Part shown: piece by piece, positions 11,787 to 22,983 of the stretch
Layout of the letters: every line of letters begins with the position of its first letter
How positions within the stretch are numbered: the stretch's first letter is position 1
Assembly (NCBI RefSeq): GCF_006345805.1
Contig: NC_042999.1
Location: 149,854,001-149,918,000, forward strand
Source of the DNA: Octopus sinensis
Taxonomy: Eukaryota
Direction: 5' to 3'
DNA length: 64,000 nucleotides
The notes under the pieces: generated by a model
The model's database searches: none
What the model saw: the letters and a program-made list of their open reading frames with translations, nothing else
What the model was told of the DNA's origin: nothing
Program-made: the position numbers and the translations under genes

Positions 11787-12014
11787 TTAACCTTTCATTA
11801 GCAACCTGGCTGAAACTGGCTCTGGCTCTGTAGTACAAATGTCTTGTTTTCCTAAGTTCTGAATTAAAATCTTCCACCAAGTCTTAGTCACAATTTATGT
11901 TCCTAACACTAGCTTAATGATAACTAGGTTATTTTACTAAATTCTTTGTTACGTCTAAAATAATTGAAAGCAACACAGAGCATCTCAAAATAAATACAGT
12001 AACAAAAGGGTTAA
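11787..12014. mobile_element. TTAA-flanked piggyBac-like MITE (second family)
   Basis: ttaa-cctttc…aaaaggg-ttaa; its 3' half recurs at 36631-36728. Confidence 0.7.
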
Positions 12015-13492
12015 TAACTTTCACTGCATTGAAAAGAAGTAAACATGGATCAATGTGTAAATCTACTCAAGACAGGTAGGGGAGACAACTTCCATCTATT
12101 CATCCATTTTCTCTACCCACCATTCCTGGGAAATTATGGTTGTAGAATCCTCAGGCACTTCCTCTAGAGGGTCCTGTCGAAAACAACTGTCATTACTCTT
12201 TCTGGCTGGATTCTCAAGCATGACCAACCAAGACTATGAATATTAAACAACCCTGTTACTTTTGGCTTACCCCTAGGTCTCTTGCCAGTTGGTTTGGCTT
12301 GAAGAATCCATCTAGCAGTTGTTTCCTGCAACATTCTAATCACATGTCCATAATATCAGGGCTGTGACCTCTTAATGTGAAGTAGTGGCTCAACCAAGAG
12401 AGACTCCCTGATCTCTACAGAGTAAGGTAAAACAATCAAGGAAATATGTAACAATAGAAGCTTCACTGCTGTGGGCTGCAAGTTTAATGCCAATGAATCT
12501 ACCATTTGTTTCAATTATGAAGTGCTTGGAGTTGATTTGTTTATCATCATTTTTATTAAAAATAAACAAAACAAATCCTGTGGTAAACAAGGACAGATGT
12601 ATTTAAAAAATCAGTGACCTTCATAAGTAAGTGAAATAAAATAAATTAAAATCTATTCATTATCATTATTTAACGTTTGTCCATGCTGGCATGGGTGGGA
12701 TGGTTTGACCAGGGCTGACAAGCTGGAAGGCTGCACCAGTCTGATTTGGCATGGTTTCTGTGGCTGGGTGCTCTTCCTAATGCTAACCACTACAAGAGTG
12801 TAAAGGGTGCTTTTACATTCCACTGGCACGGGTGCCATTTGCATGACACCAGTATCTGCCATGACTGCAATTTTACTTGGCTTAATGGATTTTCTTCTCA
12901 AGCACAGCATAATGTCAAAGGTCTCAGTCAGTCATCATTGCCTCTGTGAGGCTCAACACGTGTTTTTCATGTGCAACCAGCATCTGCTACCTTGCTTTTG
13001 TGAGGCTCAATGCTCAAAAGATGCTTTTTACATGCTACCAGCACAGGTGCCAGTTATATGACACCAGCATGATTTCACTGGTCTTGATGGATCTTCTCAA
13101 GCACAGCATATTACCAAAGATCTCAGTCACTATTCATTGCCTCTATAAAAATAAGAACGTGTTCCTATTCTTAATAATATATTCTGACCAGGTAATACAC
13201 ATGAGTTTAGAATGACAACAAGATTTCTTTTTAAGATATATACATTATTTATTTTACATATTTTACAATCATGCTTGATGTTGTAAGTTTGTAAGTGTTA
13301 GCATGTTTTTGTGTCTGTGTGTTCGTTAGGCGTAAAAAGGTACTGACCAGTGAAATGACGATGAGATTTGATTCACAGTTCATGTTGTTGGTATCGGCTT
13401 GGCAACAGATAATAACAGATGGCTTAAGGTAGTTCTTAGAAGAAACTAGAACCCAAGAAACAGATAATTGATTTACCATTTATGAGGTACAC

Positions 13493-14256
13493 TGTAAGAG
13501 TTCTATATCAAGGTATTGCATGTCGCAGTTGAGATTAATTGAATCACTCGTTGTGTTTATCTTCCTCTTGATATGAATATACTTCCAGACATGTTTCTGT
13601 AGCCATTTTCTTCGTGGCGAGAATTTCACCTAACCGCTATAGTTGAATCTGTAGTTGTCTCGTGTACAATTTAAATCTTCGATGTTTGTCGATTGGTTCT
13701 TGCTGCTTCTTCATTATATGTTCTGCTTGGTTATTTTTCTCTAGTTATAGATATCCTGTAACCGTTTTCTTCATGGTGATATTTCACACTAACAGTATGA
13801 GAGGTATCTGTAACATCTTGTATTAATGGTGGTCGCCTGCCTCGAAACTGGAACTTGGTCGAGTATTCTCTGTGTGGTCAGAGACTTAGCTCTTAAAAGA
13901 ACTAAAAGCCTAAGACGAGCTGTGTGGTCAGAGGTTTAGCTCTGAGAAGAACTAAAAACCTAAGACGAATATTCTTCTGAGAAACCTTATTTATAAGCTT
14001 CACCAGGCTCCCAGTGAACTTCAGAAATGGAAAGCTGTGATTGGCTGCTTGGACTATGGCGCGAAAATAAGTCGAGACATTTTGCGCCAAGTTATAACCA
14101 GCGGTGCGAGCATAGTAGAGACCAAGGTGTCAACCAATCGAATTAGTGTTTACAACAAATGTTGAACTAGCCAAAGCTGTTTGTAATCTCGACCGAGGTT
14201 ATTCTTAATACTCTTCTCAAACAGTGAAGATAGCAATGAGAGACGATATTGCTACA
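13493..14256 (-). mobile_element. probable solo LTR of a second family
   Basis: TGT..ACA ends; CpG-richer than the flanks; minus-strand CCAAT (14040-14044) then TATAAA (13990-13995); no TSD found. Confidence 0.55.
13871..13970. repeat. 50-bp tandem duplication (2 units)
   Basis: tgtgtggtcagag…ctaagacga at 13871 and 13921. Confidence 0.9.
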
Positions 14257-17130
14257 CCTCCATGAGGCCTAAAGTTTGAAGATCATGTTTCACTACCCCG
14301 TCCTGCTGTGTCTTCTTGGGTCTACCTTTACCACAGGTTCCCTCCACAGTTAGAGTTCAGCACCTCTTTACACAGCTGTCCTCATCCATATGCATCACAT
14401 GACCATACAAGCACAGTTGTCTCTCTTGCACACTCTCTTGATACCTCTTATACCCAACTTTTCTCTCAAGATGTACATGTACTCTGACATTGCAAATCCA
14501 GCAAAGCATGCTAGCTTCATTTCTTTCAAGCCTACGCATCTCCTCAGCTGTCAGCCCATGTTTTACTGTTGTGTCGCATAGCTGTTTGCACACAAGCATC
14601 ATACAATCTGCCTTTTCACTCTGAGGGAAAGGCTCTTTGTTGCCAGCAGAAGCAGGAGCTCTCTAAACTTAGCCCAGCCTAATCTTATTCTCACACCTAT
14701 GTTTTCGGAGCATCCACCTCTGCTACTAACTTGGTCACCGAGATAATGGAAGCTATCTACTATCTCTAGCTTACTCCACTGGCAGTTGATGAAGTCTATT
14801 TTCTGTACATTTTCGGTGTTTATTGTACCTGTACAGCTTCCATACACAAAATCTATTTTCCCTGTTAACCTTCCTGATATTGCTGCACCTCTTACATATC
14901 CATAGCTTACACCAGGCACATCTTATGGAGTTTCTACTTACACCATTTCTACAGATCGAGCAGGGATATCTACCTGAAGGAATTTGTGATTTGTCTGCCT
15001 TCCTACTTACTATGGATTTTGCTAGGTTAACTTTAAGGCCCTTTGATTCTGGACCTTGCTTCCATACCTGAAATATTTTCTCTCGCTCTGGTAGTGATTC
15101 ATCTATAAGAACAAGGTCATCAGCATAGAGGAGCTCCCAGGGAAAGCCTTCTTAAATTCCTCTGTTATTGCCTGGAGGACAATGATGAACAAGAGGTGGG
15201 GCAAGGACTGATACTTGGTGAATTCTTCACTATACTCATTGTCAACCTTCACGTTACTAACAGTGTTCCTGTACATAGCTTGTACAGTTCTCACCAACCA
15301 CTTGTCTATCCCTAGTTTCTGCATTGACCATCAGATAAGGGAGAGGGGGAACCTGTCAAAGGCTTTCTCCAAATCACAAAAGCCAAGTACGGAGGTTTAT
15401 CTTTGGCTATGCATTTCTGCAGCTACCTTACCAGAAATATAGCATCAGTGTTGCTTCTCTCTGGCACAAAACCAAGCTACATCTCATCTAGACTAACTCT
15501 CTCCCTAATTAGTTGCACTATGACCCTCTCCACAACTTTCATCACCTGATCCAACAATTTGATACTTCTGTAATTATTTCTAACAAAGGCATCACCTTGA
15601 CATTTGTAGCAGTTGACTATGGTACTGCTACATCAGTCATTGGGTATGACTCCTTTGTGAACAACCAGATTTATAATACGGGTGACTAGACCATAACCCA
15701 CACTGCCAGATATTTTAAGCATCTCAGCGGTGATTCCTGATGGGCTGGAGGCTTTCCCTGTCTTCATAACCTTAATTGCTTTATCCACCGAGGTTCTGTC
15801 AATATGGATAGCTGGTCCCTTTGTTGGGTTAACATTTGGCAGACTCTCCTCCTATTCATTCTCCATGTCCAGCAGTCTTTCATAATGGAATTTCCAAGCC
15901 TCTTTCTTTGCAGAATCATTAAATACAAGTGCACCATCATCCATGCGGACACATTCCTCTCTTATGGCCTCACAGTTTTCTCTTGCAATCTGAAACACTT
16001 CAAGTCTTTGGTCCTCATGTCGCTGAACATAGGCAAACTTCTTTTCTACTTCTCCTTTGGCTAGATATACCTGTCTTCTAGCTTCTCTCCTGGTTATCTG
16101 ATACAGTTCCTTGCTACCCCCACTTTTCCCCAGGCCTGTTTCTTTGCTCTATTGACCTTGTCTACAGCATCATTCCACCACCACACCACCCTAGGTCTGG
16201 ATGGTACTTTGCACCAGCCACAGATTTGGTCTGTGGCACTCAGTAAGCTGTCCCACAGGAAATCCCAGCTGCCAGCTATGTTACAAATCTGTAGTTCCTC
16301 CTCCCTCTCATCAAATTTCTCAATTAGGATGCCCTTAAATCTCTGACCACATGCATCCAAATCCTTTTCAAGATTGGTCTGCTTCTTGGCATCCTTCTGG
16401 CCTGGAGTCTAAAGTCACTAATGACTAGTCTATGCTGGTGGTACATTCTTCACCAGGGAAGGTCTTTGTATTTAGGAGCAACCATGCATCCCACTGTCTG
16501 GTGAAAATATAATAGATCTGGCTAGTGTCATCACCTGATTGGTAGGTTATCAGGTGTCTGGCTGGCTTCCTGAAGTTGGTGTTGCAGATCAATAGGTTAT
16601 TCGCATCACAGAACTCCAGTAGCCTTGTTCCCTATTCATTTTGAGAACCAATTCCATGGGCTCTATGTACACCATGGAAGATACCGGGCTGCTCATTGAA
16701 ATCCCAGCCATGAAGAGGAAATTGTCATTTGTCTTTGAGGTAGCCTGCAGAAGAATATCATAAAAGTGGTCTTTTTGTTCATTTGGTAGGCCTGCTTGTG
16801 AGACATAATATAACAATTACCTCTGCCTATTTTGCAAGACTAGCCTGACCTTAAGTACTCTATCACACACTGATTACCTCTATGACTTTATCCACCAATT
16901 TCTCTGCAAGAAGTATGCCCACACCACCTACGCTGTCAGTGTTACCGTCCCAGAAGATTTTATACCTATGTGTCTCTCTTGTAAGGAACTTGGCTGAAGT
17001 TCCTCTCCAACTTACCTCTTGAATGCAACACACATCAACATACCTCCTTTCAAGCATCTCAACCATCTTGCTAGATCTACTGTTCAATGTGCTTACATCG
17101 ACAGTGCCAACTCGGAAAACTGGAAAAGAG
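14257..17130 (-). mobile_element. decayed RTE-clade LINE (APE endonuclease + RT)
   Basis: Fragments VDVCCIQEVSWRG, GGVGILLAEK, LGIDKWLVRTVQAMY, LLFIIVL, YADDL-like, SFHYLGDQVS, GRPKKT; many stops and frameshifts. Confidence 0.92.
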
Positions 17131-17610
17131 ACAAGAGAGGGAACATGGAAAGGAGAGATGATATTCAACACCTGAAAAGGTTTTAACGATTGTTTGATAA
17201 CAGACATGTCACATTAGCTGATCTCACTTTAACCTACCATTATTCAAACATGTTAAAATTGTTGCCCCTATTGGGAGTGAAAGCATTGTCAATGTTGAAA
17301 TTAAGTAAATGAGCTGCTATTGGTTAGTCCATTATAGAGAGAAAGGGGTAGGTGGTTTGTTAATTTACTAAGTAACATATCTTCTTTTGGTGCATGCAGT
17401 AGTGTGGATGATTGCTGCTGATGGTAGTGGGGAGGAGAGAGCTATGCACATCTTCTGGAGCAAAAGCAAGGCAGAGCCTTGTAGGGGTTTCCAGTGTAAG
17501 AGATTTCTGGTACAGGTGTGGGGGCAGGAATGAGTGGGCACAACATGGACAAGTAAAGAAGGCCAGCTTCATCTCAGGAAATAGCAGCCAAGATAGAAAG
17601 ACACTAGTAG

Positions 17611-17612
<2 letters not shown>

Positions 17613-17654
<42 letters not shown>
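17613..17654. repeat. (GA)n microsatellite
   Basis: Directly visible. Confidence 0.95.
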
Positions 17655-17657
<3 letters not shown>

Positions 17658-18286
17658 TCAAAAGACTTTATCATTGGAGAAATCATGGCAAGTATAAGAC
17701 ATGAGTTATAAAACAAGGAGAGAATGTTTTCAAATTTTAGGGAGAGAGGGAGAGATTGCTGAGGAAATCGTGGCAAAGTATGGAAACACATGGGTTATGA
17801 AAGAGGGAGAGAATATTGCAAAAATTTAAAGAATTAAATGAATGAATGAATGAGGAGTGATTAAAACTAAAGAAATACTCTTAACTTAGGTGGTCATTTC
17901 ATGTGGAATAATAGTGTCAGCAGTAGAGCAAGCAATGTGAAATTTTTTTTTTATTGTTTGTAAAAATTAGATAAAGGATAAAAATACTTCCTGAGTCATA
18001 TTGACTCATAAGGATGGTTTCCCAGATTCTTTGGCATATACCCTCACTCCTGGATGGGATGCGAGTCCATCACAGGAAACTTACTTTTGCCAACTGAGTG
18101 GACTGGAGCGACATGAAATGAAATGTTTTGCTCAAGAATATAACACATCGCCCAGTTCAGGCATTGAAACCACAATCTCATGATTAGGAGTCCAATACCT
18201 TAACCACTAAGCCATGTGCCACAACTTGCAAAACTTGGAAACAAAAATAAAGACAAAGAGACAACAGGTTTCAACTTAATTTTATG

Positions 18287-18292
18287 TTTATT
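18287..18292 (-). terminator. candidate polyadenylation signal AATAAA for per
   Basis: Minus-strand AATAAA followed ~25 nt later by gttgtctctttgtctttatttttgttt (downstream-element-like). Confidence 0.5.
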
Positions 18293-19193
18293 TTGTAATT
18301 TACATAATGATACTTAACAAAACAACTGTGAAACAAAGGAGGAAAGTGGCTTGCAGAGATGAACATTACCATACTCTATATACAACTTTTCAACCCCATG
18401 CATTCGTCAAACTTTTATACTCCTTCAACATCGTACTAAAATAAAATATGACATGCCTTGTACCTTCTCCATTATTTTCATGTCATTTTTTTTTCTTTTT
18501 AACAGATTTAATTACAAAATTGTCCTAATGGAGTGAATTAAGTAAACTTGCAGTGAATAATGACTTCACAAAAACAATAAAAATGTTTAAATTTTTGTTT
18601 GGTTTCCATGAAAATTGTATGAATGTTTATGTTTAAACTGATGGCATTAGAGTCAGCAATAGCTTACTTCTAAAGATATAAAATAAGTATTCCTTTCAAT
18701 GAATTTTTTTATAACAAAAATAAATTAAGTTTAGTGTTCGTTTTTTTTAAAAAAACTCTCCTATGCATAAAAGACAGGAAGTAAACAAAACAAGAACTTA
18801 AATTCAAAATAAAAAGAAAAACTCTTTATGAAAGGAGATAGAAGTTGGAAAATCTACCAATTTTGTGAAAGACGAAAGAGTGCAACATTTCTGGGTAAAG
18901 AATAGAAATACAATTCTTACTCTTGTATGTTTCTGTTTTAGAGATAAATAAATAGAACAAAGAAATGCTATTTACATAAATACTTCAATAAGCTCTTCTT
19001 ATATTCAGAGACGTTGAAATTTAAAGGAATTTATTTTACAAAAGTAAGTCTTTCATTTTATAAAAAGATTTCATGCCTCATCCAAGGTTATAAATTCATA
19101 ACACATATTACAGATATGTGTATGTGTATCTGCATGTGTGGGTGGGTGTTTATGTAGATAAATAAATATATATATATATATATATATAACTAA

Positions 19194-19345
19194 TTTTATT
19201 TTGGTTAAGTCAGTCCCCTTGCTATTCTGAGTTCACCTGTGGTGCACAATGTTTTCAAGCAAATTATGACTGCAACTTACCTGAAGACAGTGCACTCGGA
19301 GGCAAAACTCAGAATAGCAACGAGACTGACTTGACCAAAATAAAA
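19194..19345. repeat. foldback/MITE-like element, copy 1
   Basis: 40-bp terminal inverted arms with 3 mismatches, plus inner gtgcac-containing pairing. Confidence 0.85.
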
Positions 19346-19565
19346 AAAAAATACTTGACTATGGTACGGAGTACTCTTTTTTCCCTGATATTTTGTGAGT
19401 GTGTGTGTATATATATACATACACACTCCAAATGATCTGTAACATTTGAACTATTCAAAATATATGTTTATATACTTTACAGCTCTTATATCATTACATA
19501 TACATATATATATATATATATATATACCCATTTAGTGTAGACTGTTGGAATACAATAGTAGAGAA

Positions 19566-19693
19566 ATTTATTTTGGCTGTGTCAGTCCCTTACAGGATCT
19601 ACAGGTAAGTTACAAGTCGTAATTTGCCTGAAAACATTGTGCACTCACAAGTGAAACTCAGAGTAGCAAGAAACTAGCTTGAGCAAAATAAAT
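19566..19693. repeat. foldback/MITE-like element, copy 2, inverted relative to copy 1
   Basis: Reverse complement matches the copy 1 core gtgcacaatgttttca.gcaaatta.gact..aacttacctg. Confidence 0.8.
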
Positions 19694-21615
19694 ACACACA
19701 TGTACTTATCTACGTATAAACACACACACACACATATACATATTTAGTATCACAAGTAAATCAATACCATTGTAAAATCATTTTCATGATGAATACATAA
19801 CGTGTAACAAATAATGAGAAATGGTAACTGTATGGAAATGATAATCCTTTCATTCTTGATAAATATGTTATTCTATGAAGAATTGAAGAGAAAGGAAGAA
19901 TACAAAGAAGCAGCAACAAAGGAGAGCTTTCAGATGTATGTATGTAGTGATAGAAGCAAGCAATTTCATGCTTCTTAGATGGAGAAGTGAACAATGATGT
20001 CAAACTGAAAAGAGCTGAATTATTAAATACACAGCACAAATTGAGGTTTCCTGTCTCTATGACATTTCATAAGTCAATTCAAAAGTAGTCAACAAACATG
20101 AAATTATCAAAGATTTAATACTAACACCTAATACATCTATTAATGTGATTGCCAAGATGTATAACCTAGCTTAGATACCTAGTAACATAAAACTGGTAAT
20201 CACAAGCAAGAAAGAAAGAAATAAGGAGATATTATTTAAATAGCTCATTATAGAAGCTTACAGATTCCAAAGTACAAGGTTTTCCATGTGCTTACTTGAA
20301 TATCTTACAAAATTCAACATTTTATCAAACAGAAGTGCTTCACTTCAAACTGAGATAAAATTTCTGAACGAATTAAAAGCTCCAAGAGCCATGCTCAACC
20401 AAAACAAGTTGAACAATACATAGACAATAAATAATGGAAGTTTAATATAATTTCTATTTGTAAAGTAATTTTTACTTTTTTCAATGAAATACCAGCAAAT
20501 GTGTGGAATGTTCAGACATTATGATCCAGCTGCCAATATGGTTCTAACAATAAGTTAATAACATATAAAAGTTTAATGGATTTATGACAAATTAAAATTT
20601 ACATATTTATAATAATTACAAAGATAAAGAATAGATGTAATTATTTTAAATAAATTAAAGGCAATAAATAAGAGTCTGTATAGATATAGTTAGTGAAATT
20701 ACAATAGAGACTTCAAGAAATTTAAGAGTTTCTCAAGTTCTACAAGATGAAAACTAAACATAACTGAGTAAAGAGTTATCCCTATGAAAAAGTTTCAGAT
20801 TAACTCTTAAAAATAAAAAAATTTAGGACTATTGTTGGATTAATGCCCATTTTTCCCTGCTGGTTGGTTCTGTAATAGACACATAACTGAAACCTCGTTT
20901 AACATTCTCAACAAAACAAGCATAAGTCTTACACAAACACATGTAGTGTACATTTTGTCCAAATAAAAAGTAGACAGTTGCAAATTACTTGTATTCATTA
21001 TCAGACAATTACAGTAAGCAATAAAATATTTCAGATAATGAATTACACAGCTGAAAATTAAATACTAGACGTATATTTATATTTTCTTTTTGAGTCAGTA
21101 TGTTTCTTTAGCTTACTGATGAAAACAATAACAAAAAAAAAATAATAATAACAAAGACAAATGGAAAAAAAACTAAAAAGAAACAGTCATTTCATTTTGT
21201 TGTTAGTCCAACTATAACAGAATCATTGTTGTTGTTATAAAATATTTTCAAATGTTCAATAAATAACAACTACGACAGATATTTTTTTTCGTTTCGTGAT
21301 AATGATTTCCAATTTTTTTTTTTTTTTTTAGTGTGTCTAATTAATAGCATAAACCAAACATATTTACACCAGTAAATGCTATTGATATATATATATGGAA
21401 CGCAAACCACTGTTTACAAAAAATAAAATCAATAATACAACATGATTGAATTCAAGAAAGATGGAAGGGATCAACTGCATCATCAGCCTCAATTTCTTCT
21501 TTTGGAAAGGCCAGACTGGTGAAATTGTTTACAAATAATGAGCACTTTTGACCATGGATTTCATGTGCTTGTATAATTTTCAATGGAGACTGGTCATAAC
21601 TGAATTAGGAAAATC

Positions 21616-22983
21616 TTAAATAAAATCATCCTCCTCTGTCACCGTCGAAAGGAAAAGCTTATCAAAAACGTCTACATTTCGGCAATTATTTGCTGCCTTT
21701 TGTTCTAGTTGAGAAACAAATTTATTGTCTGGTGATGGCATTTCTGAAGAGTTCACTATCATGGGTATAGCATATGATGATGATACTCGTGAATTTACAA
21801 TATTGGATGGTGAATGTAATGAATAAGATGATGACGACGATGGCGAAGAAGCTAGTGGCATGAGAACATCATCTGTAGTCTCATCACTTTGAGATTCAGA
21901 GTTATTGTCTTTGTTAGTGGTTATATTCTCAGTGGAAGAACTATTAGCATTCAAGTCATTTTGGTCCACTGGGGACATTGTTACATCATCAGTTTTAGTT
22001 GGCGCAAGAGATAAATTAACAGGTGATAATGATTCTGAGGGGGAACACGCCATTTCTTGATTCTCTGTTAAACAATTTGTTGTAGTTGTAGTAGCAGAGG
22101 TGATGCCAGCTGAGGTGGTTGCAGAGGTGGTAGTGGCAGAACCGATGGTTGAAAAAGTGATGGCAGTAGTAGAGGTGGGAGTAGAAGGAACAGTGTCCAT
22201 TAATTTCTCACTCTCACTATAATCATACGTAGCAGCAGTAGTTTCAGCATCAAGTGAGTTAGTGTCTTCAATTTCTCCTAACAACGTTTGCAACTGTTCA
22301 TGTACCATGCTTGATTGCGTCAGATTTACCATTCTTCGGCTATCTGACTCCAGAATGCTGTCCAACTCTTTTGATGAAATATGGTAGCCCATCTTAATAT
22401 TCTCATTGAAATCTGCCTTCATGAGCCAATGTGGCTGTTTTGAGGGCCGATTATCAGTCTCCCTCTTTGGTACCCGGAGTGATAATGGAACAAATAATTC
22501 AGAGAAACAATTATAATCAGCTTTCTCCATCAAAGTAGGCTTACTTTCTTCTCCGCTACCATTGTCAGATTCCTTAGAACCTGAATCTGATTCTTTTGAT
22601 GCACCATCAGACTCTTTCAAAGAACTGCCAGCCTCCTCATTGCTTCGTTGGTCACTTGTAGTGAGATAACTTGAATTTTTTGAAGAACTTTCAGAATTAT
22701 CATCATCATTATCACTGGATTCAGTTTTTTCAGAGTTCTGCTGTTCCTTATCTTTACCACTCTCCGTTTTCGCCTCAGTCTTTTCATTTGGTACATTCTT
22801 ATCTTTTACGTCTCTTGCTTCAAAGACAATTATTTCTGTTTCCTCTTCTGTACTAGCTGAGTTTGAAGATTGAGGAGAGTCAGCAACTGCTGACTCATCA
22901 CATTCCTGATCTTTTTCTGACTTGTCGTCTTCGTTTAATTGGGTGGAATTTTCAAAGAATACCAAGAAATCTTCCTCTTCATT
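21616..22983 (-). CDS. per: per exon 21 (last), 455-aa acidic S/T-rich tail containing a second Period_C-like module
   Basis: Poly-T cag acceptor at 22984; ORF 21616-23046; stop TAA. Confidence 0.88.
   Translation of the reverse strand, partial: NEEEDFLVFFENSTQLNEDDKSEKDQECDESAVADSPQSSNSASTEEETEIIVFEARDVKDKNVPNEKTEAKTESGKDKEQQNSEKTESSDNDDDNSESSSKNSSYLTTSDQRSNEEAGSSLKESDGASKESDSGSKESDNGSGEESKPTLMEKADYNCFSELFVPLSLRVPKRETDNRPSKQPHWLMKADFNENIKMGYHISSKELDSILESDSRRMVNLTQSSMVHEQLQTLLGEIEDTNSLDAETTAATYDYSESEKLMDTVPSTPTSTTAITFSTIGSATTTSATTSAGITSATTTTTNCLTENQEMACSPSESLSPVNLSLAPTKTDDVTMSPVDQNDLNANSSSTENITTNKDNNSESQSDETTDDVLMPLASSPSSSSSYSLHSPSNIVNSRVSSSYAIPMIVNSSEMPSPDNKFVSQLEQKAANNCRNVDVFDKLFLSTVTEEDDFI

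Larger units (their letters stand above)
18270..21615 (-). other. probable per 3' UTR (~3.3 kb)
   Basis: U-rich sense strand, nearly free of large repeats, ending just past an AATAAA followed by a GU/U-rich tract. Confidence 0.55.
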
